From Catajapyx aquilonaris (lineage: Eukaryota), in NCBI GenBank assembly GCA_000934665.2, contig KZ538658.1:1-56095 (forward strand): 56,095 nt of DNA. The letters are read 5' to 3'. Below are positions 25,063 through 36,426 of the stretch, piece by piece; within the stretch, counting starts at the first letter, position 1, and each line of letters starts with the position of its first letter. Made by a program: the position numbers and the translations under genes. The notes below the pieces were generated by a model. It had not been told where the DNA came from and searched no databases. It saw only the letters and a list, made by a program, of their open reading frames with translations.

Positions 25063-25066
<4 letters not shown>
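23989..25066 (+). mobile_element. Helitron/DINE-like non-autonomous element containing a SINE (family B, ~24518-24790)
   Basis: 5' actagcagg-ttacccggcgttgcccgggt hairpin; 3' aaacatccaaactcacaaact...ttatttatagat. Internal gggttcgatccc head is shared with 46905-47241. Confidence 0.55.

Positions 25067-25067
<1 letters not shown>

Positions 25068-25139
<72 letters not shown>
25068..25139. repeat. (AT)n microsatellite
   Basis: Perfect AT dinucleotide run of about 70 bp. Confidence 0.98.
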
Positions 25140-25140
<1 letters not shown>

Positions 25141-28100
25141 GTCAAGCGGGACACTTTCCGACAAATCTTTGAGGACCTTGACCAAAATTAAGTGACATGT
25201 ACTACTCATCGACCTATGGAGGAAGCCAAATTATTATACCTCTGGGTTGCGTGGTTGCGTAACTACAGGGTGTCAAATGTGCCCATTTTCGAGCATTTTT
25301 GCTACGTTCGCGGTCACTTTGACGGCCATATCTCCTAGATACCTAGAAGGTCAGGTCAAATATAACATTTGATATGTGCATTCGAAGGGGAATTTTACGC
25401 GCTATGAGATGGTCGTGTTCATTTTTAAGGAATCCAAAAATGTAAAGTCAAAGATAGCGCCAAAAACTTTGATTTTGACATTGCTTATTAATGGCTCCCT
25501 ACCACTTCTTTTGAATGGCACTTAAAATGACAAGGGCAATGTTTACTTCACATTTCCGAAAAATCGGGAGAACCCTTTTTCGATATTTGCCGACAATAAG
25601 AACTTTTTTTGGTTCCAAACGCCTCCCGTAATATAGTCACCTCATTTGGTGGACCATAACTCAGAGAAGCTCATGTCAAATCCCATATTTGATATGCGTA
25701 TGCGAAAGGTATTTTTATGCTCCAGGAGATGGTCTTACCCAAAATTGAAAAATCCAAAATTTAAAGTCAAAGATGACGCCCAAAACTTTGATTTTGATAT
25801 TGCTTATTAATGGCCCCGTACGATATCTTTTGGATGGCCCTTAAAATGATCAGGGTAATGTTCAATTGACATTTCCGCAAAATCTGGAGAACCATTTTTT
25901 GATATTTGCCAAATATAAAAATATTTTAGTCGCAAGACGTGTAGCGTAAGAGTAGTCGCACCTCAGTATTAGGAATGAAATAGTTAATAATTACTCCGAA
26001 TGTGTTGCGTTAAATATTCATGTTGCACATCAGAAGAATTCCATATTCTAGCGCTCTATATTATAGCAATTTTAGTGACATACTAAAAAGATAAGTCGCA
26101 TAAAGTCAACAGAAACGCCCATTTTTAAGCGCCGGTATTAACTTTATGGGGATTATCTTTTTATTAGGCACAATAGCGAAATCGGTATTTGTTATATTCT
26201 ATGTAGTGCTAGAATCAGGCATTCTCATGATGTGCAACATGAATATTTAACGCAACATATTTGGGACAATTTTGTAACCTGCGCCTTTTGTGTTGTATTG
26301 GCTCCCCTTGTCGGCGGTGGGGGGATTGGCTCCACTGACCGGCGGGGGAGCGAGAAGGGAGAAGAGGGACTGCTGGGAAAGAGGACAGTTGTGTGTGTGT
26401 GTAACCCAGGGTGAGAGCCTTTTCTGAGCGGACAATAAACAGCCCCCAGTTGATTGTAGCCTGCACTAGAGCTTTGGACCTACAGAACTCCTCAGGGCCA
26501 TTCAAAGCTGAAGCTCATCACGTGAGAAATGGCTCATGTAAAACATAATGATGTCTACTCAACAAACTCAACCATTTTACTTCAAGTGGACTATTGGAAA
26601 ATATAAAGCATTAGAAGCAGAGAACAAAAGTAATTCACAACCATTTACTACTGATGGGTGTTTATTGTCTGCTCAGAAAAGGCTCTCACCCTAGGACTTG
26701 TGACCTTGATAGGTTACCTTCTATGCCGATTCCATAATCAGAACAATACTGCCTCGTTACTCTTTGCTTTAATGCTCAAGGTAGGATTACAGCACTCGTT
26801 ACAGCTCACCTCAGGGGAGACGACGCATCATGCGTTCGCCCTACTCGGCTGCTCACACTCAACTCTTGGACGGAAATAAATTTATCATGACCCCAGGCTA
26901 GGTGTTTTCCTTGCCATATACATTAACAAATTTGCCTACTGAATAGTCATTGTTGGTGGCTCTCTTAATAGTGTAGTGGTCCCCTTGCCACCAGCAGGGA
27001 CCATGGCCAGACGAGGCAGTGCACGAGTTCCAGAAACACGTCAGTTCTATCTAACCTTTTATTCTAGACTGACTCAACACTCTTCTTGTTGCTACACAAC
27101 AACACAATGTAGCCAATAGGGCCACTACAATAGAGAACTTCCATGACACTGTGATTACATCAGTTCGATCAGGACAATAGCCGAGATAAAGTGAGATATG
27201 GCCACTATTTTCCTGACCATCACCTTTGGGACGAAGCTCCATCTCCCACTTTCTTGGTTCAGACCCACCAGTTACCAAAGTTTTATCCTACCTGTATGTA
27301 CATATTCTGAAAGGCCAAGACCGCTACTTTCAGGAAGTGAAAACCAGAACATCCTATCTTGAATAGACACCAAACAGTATCCTTTTTTCAGAACCCTTGC
27401 AAATGCTGGTTTTTGCTCGCCGCAGCGAAGAAAAATGAGTATAAATCCAAGATGGTGGCAGATAAAAAATTAACAAAAATAGTTTTGAGCAAGTCAATAT
27501 CAAGGCTACCTGTGGTGAAAATGTAAAAAATTAACTAGATGGTCGAGCAACCACCCTGGCCCATTTCACATGGAATGACTCAAAATGAAGCTGGACATGA
27601 CTGGCCGATATTTCCGAAAACTCTACGAGACCGAATTTGGTCTTTCACGCGCTAGAAGCCGAAACGCAACCCTTCTGCATGCGCGTGGACCAGCCAGCCC
27701 GCCTTTCCGCGTGTATCCAATTCTAGCGCGTGAAAGACCAAATTCGGTCTCGTAGAGTTTTCACAAATATCGGTCAGACATGCCCAGCATCATTTTAAGA
27801 GTCATTCAAAAAATCTCAAAAATGTCCAAGTTTGATAAAAATCAAAATCAAAATTGGAAGGCCAATTTTTGACTTAATTTTTGATTCTCGTAATCATAAG
27901 TATGACCATCTCATAGAGCGTTAAAATAGGTATCCGACGCTCACATCAAGTTTAGGATTTGTACGTATCCTCTTGGAGTTATGGTAATCCAAGTGACTGC
28001 ATGCGAAGCAAAAATCCATATAAATTGGTAGATTTCGCACCCTGTAGTTATGCAACCACGCAACGCAGAGGCATAATAATTTGGCTTCCTGCATAGGTTG

Positions 28101-28171
28101 ATGAGTAGTACATGTCACTAAATTTTGGTCAAGGTCCTCAAAGATTTGTCGGAGAGGTGGCCCGCTTGACG
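25140..28171. mobile_element. ~3 kb region bounded by ~130 bp inverted termini, with internal ~330 bp duplicated unit, nested hairpin MITEs (26406-26694, 27575-27805) and a MATH fragment
   Basis: cgtcaagcggg...tttgaggaccttgaccaaaat...aactacagggtg at the left and its reverse complement at 28040-28171. Confidence 0.65.
27130..27300 (-). pseudogene. MATH (SPOP-like) domain fragment
   Basis: KWEMELRPKGDGQENSGHISLYLGYCPDRTDVITVSWKFSI matches the MATH pattern W.L.v.PKG....dylSLYL.......v.akfkFSI. Upstream in-frame stop; no BTB part seen. Confidence 0.65.
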
Positions 28172-29338
28172 TGGAATGCCTCATATACACTATATGGACT
28201 TATACTAAACCAGAATCGGTGGTCAACAAAGTGTGGGGTGGCTATACACAAAACATGAAGGTCACAAGTCTTTCAGAATTTACTTTTAATAATTATTAGT
28301 GGATTAAGGAAACATATTGGCTCTCATTACACAACATCCATTCTAACTAATGAAAGTGGCTCTTACTTTCTAGGGGATTCCTGACTCTTGCAAAAGCACG
28401 TAGTACTGTAGGACAGGATTTCCTTACTGATAACTACAAATTACTGTGGTTTGAACGGAGCCAGAAGAGATTTGGAAAGGTTGTCCATGATAATGTGCTA
28501 TCTGAACTGCTGGCCGGATTTGTAAACTTGACTGCGTGTGTTCGCGTCATTAGGTCTACGTCATTGATGTAACTAACGTCATTAGAATTATTATTTTTGG
28601 AGCAAAAGTAGTACAGCAGTCACGGGCAAAAATACGGGAAAGACCATGCAGGGGATCAGGGGCTCCAATGACGTCAATGTAAAATCTGTGATGTCTATGT
28701 TCCAACGAATTAAGTTTATTACGGCACAGGACACATCACGATAATGGCGTGCTCTGCGCATTGGACATCATTGGTATTACACTGCTGGTGATTGGACCGG
28801 CAGGAATTTTTAAAATCCGATATTTTGGCACAATCATGTCAGAAAAGTTTATTACAGGTTGAAGATTATGAATAGGGAACACTGTCTATTTCCGCCATTA
28901 TGGCTGCGTTGTGGGCTAGCCCAATATTGCACTAAACCATTCGATTACAACCTAATTTGCAGTAGTTTTTCACCTTGTACTGCTTTATTAGGCCTGCAAG
29001 TGTTGCGTTTTGTGTCCGTGCTGGACATGACTATACCTAGGTACTCCTGGTTTTACGCCAATTCATTTATGCCCTTTCGCATTAACTCCTGTCTCAGAAT
29101 TAGGTACCTTTGAAAATTTTAAATAAATCGGAACTTCTACTTACCTGAGATAATTATTATCGCAGATCCATTCAATTGATGGATTTGTCACTGTAAGAAT
29201 CACACTATTCAGATGGAAAATATTCCTAGTATGTGGGTCGCTTTAGTTACAGGAAATTTCGCTCGAAGCTGTTATTTTTTGTAGCTTGTTGCGCCCCGAG
29301 GCAGATGCCCTATTATATAGAAACTGCTATAATATATA

Positions 29339-30348
29339 CAGGGTGGACGAAAAGTTTCGGACCCCCCCAGGTTTTTAAACCCTACTTTTCACAGCGTCTT
29401 TTCACATCTTTTAAAAGTCCACAAGCAGTTCTAATGTACGTACACTATCTTTTGAAGCATAATCTTGAGAACATCTGAGCACCTTCGCTCTCGCAATTCC
29501 ATTAATAACTTCGCCTCTGTGGCTCATCTAAACATCCTATCTGTTTTGCGTTTATTTTGCTTGTTGCCTTGGAGGACACATGGTCATATTCTGCGTCAGA
29601 TAAGGTTTTTATGACCCTTTTCCATGAGTTCCCCTTCATGCAAATGTTGTGAACTTACTCCTGACCTTATTTCTCGCATTGGTCCATAACCTGGTCCAAT
29701 AAAAATTTGAAAAGGAATGCATGAAATGGCGGACCCGGATGCATTACTTTCGAATTGGTACCATCACATTTGTCTCCATTTTTACTTTAAAATAATTTTT
29801 TGGTGGGAAAGGACAGTAAACAGTCCTACCTTGGTAAATTAATCAACATGACACATCCTTTCGTTCACGTCCTTTCGCACCAAAAAATTATTTTAAAGTA
29901 AAAGTGGAGACAAATGTGATGGTACCAATGTGAGAATTCGAAAGTAATGCATCCGGGTCCGCCATTTCATGCATTCCTTTTCAAATTTTTATTGGACCAG
30001 GTTATGGAACAATGCGAAAAATAATGTCAGGAGTGAGTTCACAACATTTGCATGAAGGGGAACTCATGGAAAAGGGTCATAAAAACCTTATCTGACGCAG
30101 AATATGACCATGTGTCCTCCAAGGCAACAAGCAAAATAAACGCAAAGCAGATAGGATGTTTAGATGAGCCACAGAGGCGAAGTTATTAATGGAATTGCGA
30201 GAGCGAAGGTGCTCAGATGTTCTCAAGATTATGCTTCAAAAGATAGTGTACATTAGAACTGCTTGTGGACTTTTAAAAGATGTGAAAAGACGCTGTGAAA
30301 AGTAGGGTTAAAAAACCTGGGGGGGTCCGAAACTTTCCGTCCACCCTG
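29339..30348. mobile_element. ~1 kb near-perfect foldback element (arms ~470 bp), TA-flanked
   Basis: ta|cagggtggacgaaaagtttcggaccccc ... gggggtccgaaactttccgtccaccctg|ta. Arms complementary except for a few substitutions and indels; ~65-70 bp spacer. Confidence 0.92.
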
Positions 30349-30656
30349 TATATTCAACCACCTAGTCACCTGGATATGGCACCCGGATAGGGGCGCAACC
30401 AGCTACACAAAACGAACTACTTCGGGCTATATGAGCAATAACAACTATACAATGACCCTGATACTTGGAACAATCTGTATACTGTATACATTATGTTCCC
30501 AGGTATATCAGTGATATCTAGACATGCCTTCTTCGACAAGTGATAGTGCCTTTATTAAAACACCTATACAAATGAGAAAAGAACACACACGTTACTACTG
30601 AATTTCAAAGCTACTACATATTTCAAAAATTCTTTTACTTATAAATAGGATTACGC

Positions 30657-33600
30657 CTACTGCTCTCCTGGCATTTCATTCTGGGAACGTCTCTCACGAT
30701 CCATTTCAGTACTGCTGGTATTGGATGATCTTGAAGATGTATTATCCTGTCTGCAATATTCTGCAAACATACAAATATTATTATTTTTACTATTATCATT
30801 ATATTTAATCTTTCAAACAACAATACAATTCAACAAGTAGTGAGCCCATACCTGCATTCCTGTCATTGATAATAGTGTCCCTCCTTTGCTTCACTTCTGA
30901 GGAAAGCTTCTCCATGACCTTATCTACAAAGCTGTCTAATGCAATGGACCGTGCCTGAATAGTGATCTTATTCCTGCATATAGGACACTCACTGGATTGC
31001 TTTCCCTTACTCCACTCATCCAAGCAGAATTTGCAAAACATGTGACTGCAGTTTAATGTGACTGACTGGATAAATATTTCATTGCAAATGCTGCATTGGA
31101 GCTCAGATTCCAGTAGGTTCTCAAACTCATGGAGTACCATTTGCCTTGTAGCTATTGCAGACAACTTCACCCTCTCTAAGATTTCCTGCCTTTCATTTTC
31201 AATCAGCTTCACCTCAGCCTGCATCTGATCTGATTTGTCCAGAAGGTGTGCAATTTTCTCCATGTGCTCTTCTGTTACTTGGTCTTTATTCAGCTCAGCT
31301 GTTGAATAAATCAAATGATGTGTGTCAAGCTTTATTACTATTTTTATAGATATTACCCTCAAGCTGCATCTCCACTTCCTCCATTTTTTGTTTCAAAAGC
31401 GACAGTCTGATTTTTAATTCTTGGTCTTCTGCTGGGAATATGTCAGGTTCAGTTACAGTACTGGGCATGGGTGGACTATCAGTTTCGACAAACTGGGCCA
31501 ACCCTTCAGCATCATTTACTTGCAGTGTGCTGCTTTCCTCTTTTATAACAACAACAGTTGAGTCCTTAGTTAATGACGAAGTAAGGAGTGTGGTGTATTT
31601 ACGAAGGCGAGTACTATTGGAGTCATTCATACAAATTCGTGTGACCATTTGATCTGATATATTAAATGCCTTGCGTGCTTCCCTGTCGACACTCTCTGCA
31701 AATCATAGAGGCTGTATGTTAAAAATATGACATTGGGACTACTTATGAACAAGTATAGTAAAATAAAAAGCCATAAATTATTTTTGTTGAATAGCACAAC
31801 ACTTGCCAAGACTATCAGTGAAGCTGAAGTTTCGAATTATTAAGTTGTCGAAATCTGGGAAAACACATATCCTGAGCTGCAAGGGGTAGACTTCCACTTC
31901 CAATTGGTCCAAAAGAGCATCCTTGTGACGCACTACCTGCTCAACATATTCAGATCATACTAAAACCTGATGAATATGACAATGCAACTTGCCTTCCTCC
32001 TGATAGGTTGCTGATGTTCCACAGCACCATACCACATCACCAGCAATGTCCATGCATCTTCATGAATCAGAATGAAGTCCTGTTCATTACACAAGTCCTT
32101 CTTCAGTTCCGCAACTCCGTCTACTCAGAGGCAAAGCCAATATAATAACAACCACTAGGCACAAGAGTAACTTCAAGTAATTATGTAGGCTGCTGAGGAC
32201 AGGAAAAAACCTAACAAGCTAAGTTTGCAGTAAATTTCAAGTAGGCCTATCTCTACATTAATTGGTTCCATCCAAGGAATCAGTTCAGAAATCTGCTGTA
32301 AGCATGTCATTAACCCTCAAGGTAATTCAAGCATATATCACATCAGTGTCCTTTATAAAAGATGGATTTATTATTAAAACTTTGATGCTATTGGTCAGGT
32401 TTTAAAATCCTGACAGCAGCCCAACCAGAAGAATTAATAATTGTTTTTGTAGCCAGTCTAACCTGCAAGAATGTTGGCGTTGTCAATTGGCCCAGGACGA
32501 CCTTTGTTACTTCTTCTTAGGTGAAACAGGTCTGCAAAGTAGCTCTTACCCCTGCTTCTGTTCAAGCCAGCATATGCTTTCCAATGCTTGAACCACACGA
32601 AGTCTAACACATACCTTTAATAAGGCCAATTGTCAATGTACAGTCGCCGACATATTGATTGAATCACTTGCGAGCCGATTTCTAACGTTATCCTGGATAT
32701 TCAGAGCAATACCGCACAACATCTTGCGAAATCCAGTCAGGCGACGCGTCGCCTCACTGGATTTCGCAAGATGTTGTACGGTATTGCTCTGAATATCCAG
32801 GATAACGTTAGAAATCGGCTCGCAAGTGATTCAATCAATATGTCGGCGACTGTACTGTACCATATGCAATTCACCCTTTAGCATGGTGCATTAATAAATA
32901 GCATACCATTCAACCACTGTAAGTAAAAAGGCAGTAGCTGCCATTATATCCAAGGGGTTTACCTCTCACCTGTAAAGTGTACACTGGAGTACCAAATTCA
33001 TGGAGTACCAAGGAGTAAGGTACCTAAGGAGTACCTGGGAGTACCACTCGCAGGAGGTGTACACTGGAGTACCGAAGTGGTTATCCCCTTGATTATATCA
33101 CCTTTGAAATAAGTGTAGTAATATTGCATAAGCACATGGAAGTTAGTGCACTTCTGCATGAAAGCAATAATTATTATAGGCTACTACTGCCTCTTTAAAA
33201 AATTCCAATGGGACATAAGTACTCGTATTATGAGTTGAGGCTATGGGAGGAAAAAACTGTTCTCAGCCATTCACAGAAACTAAATAGAATCTTGATTTAG
33301 CCAAAGCCCAGAACACATTTCTTTCTATGGGTTGGAACAGAAGTCATGGTATGTACAGTGCACCCCACTTATTTGGACCACATCAGGGCCACAGCATTTG
33401 GCCCAATAAAGCGGGGGTTCGATTAACCGGGGTTCATGTGAAACAACAGGAAAAAAACACAAAAAATTAGACTGCACTACCAGCTTTAATCCTCAAAAAT
33501 CGACAGGTGAAGGTAAAATAATTGTATAAAAGTGACTGTGTCATGCAAATGTCATGGAAGTGCAAAGTACTGTACGACTGTACAGTAATGTTAGTGCTCA

Positions 33601-36370
33601 CTCCGCTGTAAAAATTGTCTAGTAACACCTGCTCGGGTTCTTGTTTTTGACTTCATGTTAACAAAGTCCGCACAGGTGTCGAGTGCAGTCACAGGACCAT
33701 CGTCATTCCCTACTTGCATAAAAAATCGCCTGAAAACAGCCACAGTATTCCGTGCTTCTGTAGCTGTCCCTGGAATGGGCGCAGGTGTTTCATTCTCCTC
33801 ACTTTCTTGGTCATCCTCCTCCTTTTAGTACTTGGCCGCCACTTGATCAATAATGGCATGTTCCGTCCCAGATGCACTACTGTAAATGACTTAGGAATGG
33901 TCCCTTAATCATAATAAGCCCTACAGGCGTTATGTGCAGTACAGTAGTATAGCATTATAGCAACCAAACTGGTCTGACTAACCGGGGAAATCACCAGCTA
34001 TGCGGGGAAAAATTACATTGATGGTATTGATTCGATTCTGGTCCTGGCGATTCGGTCCAAAAATGCGGGGGGCCTGATAAACTGGGGTACCAATTAAGCG
34101 GGGCGCACTGTTTTTTTCTTTTTTTCTTTTTTGAACACCTAACCCTTTGCAGCGATGAACCACTACATTACTTTGGATGGCTCTCAGAATTATGTATTTG
34201 TTGTGATAAAAAGAATATGCAAAGGAAGGAGAGATTGTCAGAAACAAAAGAAGAATGACACTCCCCCATCACCCTAAATAATGGGACACAAAGGATCCCA
34301 ACATCAAATTGCTCTCAATCATTGATTGTATCTCAATGCAGGCTGATGCAGCTATAAAGATTGTGCCCAGTGATGTGCTTTATTTCAAATAAATCCATTT
34401 GAAATGGAAATGCAAAATGCAAAATGGGTATCTTCCATTTTGCATTTTAAATGCATTTTGTGGAGCCCCATTTCCATTTTAAATGGGCTTTTAATGCATT
34501 TTTCATTTTAAATGCATTTTTGAAATTCAGCATTGAAAAAATTATATTGACCTTTGGAGTGCTGTGAATAATTTTGTGCTTTTTCACCCATGGATTCTAT
34601 CCATCATCAACTCCTATCCCCCCCAGCCCCTACATAGCCTACATAGCATTAAGTTGTGTAATTGAGTAATATAAACACATGTAATTCTAAACTTTTGTAC
34701 ACAGAAATCACATCTCGCACTGGTTTAATACATTATTGAGATCTATGTTATTCTCCTGTAGGATATGTAATGACCTAAGGTGGGTATGAGGTCCAGTTAG
34801 GTCAGACTCAGTCTGTTAAGCTTATAGGTTGTGTTGTAAGGAAATTTACTATTTTCTTGTGCTTCTTATGTCTTATCTTTATGTAGGTGGCAAAAAAGGT
34901 TAAACAACTTTGTAAATTTATTTATATGACAATAGAGGAATGAGTTGTAATTGACAAATATGGAAAATCCGCAGCGTTTTCGGCGTTTGAGTCTAACAGA
35001 GGTTGGACAAAATAATAGGGACACCTGCTAAAGGAGGTTGAACGTACCGTGTCTGTTTTATTCAAAAACGGGAACTTGAAAAGTTGCAGATATGACATTT
35101 ACTGAGTTTTGAAGCTCTGTCGATGTATATTTGTCTGGGTATGCAGATTTTACAAAAGTCACACGAGGAGGGGGGTAACAAAATTCGAATGACATCTCCC
35201 GGCTGCAATTTTCGACCAGTGTCCCTCCCTTTTCATTTGCAAATGAACGGAGTTACAGATTTTTACTTTTCTGGGTACTGATGTTCAATTTATGTAACTG
35301 TGTGGCGTGGGTTGGATAATGGAAACCCATGTTACAGTTAGTCGTATGTGTACACTACAATTTCTTAATTACTATGGTGTTTGCCTACAATACAGCCCAA
35401 ATCCTTCTTCCAGTGGACACATTCAAGTTTTGAAGTCTGTAGCTGCCTCAGATTTAGTGCTGGGGAGTGCTATTTCTCTTGACTCCCCACCCTCTCTCGT
35501 ATCTTTTTGGGCCATCTGTATACCATACAAAGTGACATCGATAGAGCTTAAAAACACAGTAATGTTCATGTATGTAACTCTCCTCATTTTCAAATGAATA
35601 GGGTGGGACACTGGTCGAAAATTGTGGCTGCATGAGGAGGTGTGTTCGACTTTCGTTTCCCCCCTCATCTCGTCATTTATCTGCATACCTTGTCAAATCA
35701 TCGACAGGCTTCAAAACTCAATAAAATATATTTGTCTTTGTAACATTTCCACTTTTCGAATAAAGTCGACAAGAACTTTCAACCGCTTTTTGCAAGTATC
35801 CCTATTATTTTGTCCAACTCCAGCACATAAATATCGATTAATGACTCAAAAAAATCTTTACATAATTATGATTAGCCTATTTGTCACTATTTCTCGTGGC
35901 ACCCCTGGTGATTGCTCGCGGAACCCCGGTTGAGAAACGCTGCCGGAGTAAATGGTCTGGGGCCCCATCACATCGGGTGCAAACGCATTGCATGTGCAAA
36001 TGGTCAATGCAAAATCATGTGGGCACTACTACTGGAGGTACCAATCATTCTGGCAAGGCCATCGATGGTTATGCGGTGATCTTTGAAAGCTTACTACGCA
36101 CCCTTGCTGAATGCCTTGTACCATCGGAATGTTGTGGGACACATCTTCACCATCTCTTAGCATGTCATACGCCATCGCTGTTATCTTCAAATGGCAGCGA
36201 AACCTCGACAGTGAGGCAGAGCGGAGGCGAATATGAACCTAGGTCTACTTCCAGTGTCATCTTTGCCCGAGATCGTGGCATATTCGAACAAGAATTGGTG
36301 TTCTAATACTTATATCTATTCTGGACATGTTGCCATTCACAGCAAGGCTTGAACGAATCTATTTTTTAAA

Positions 36371-36426
<56 letters not shown>

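Noticed and set aside
24882..25172. ORF with IYIYIY run (likewise poly-L/I in 47507-47917)
   Set aside because: Microsatellite translation artefacts.
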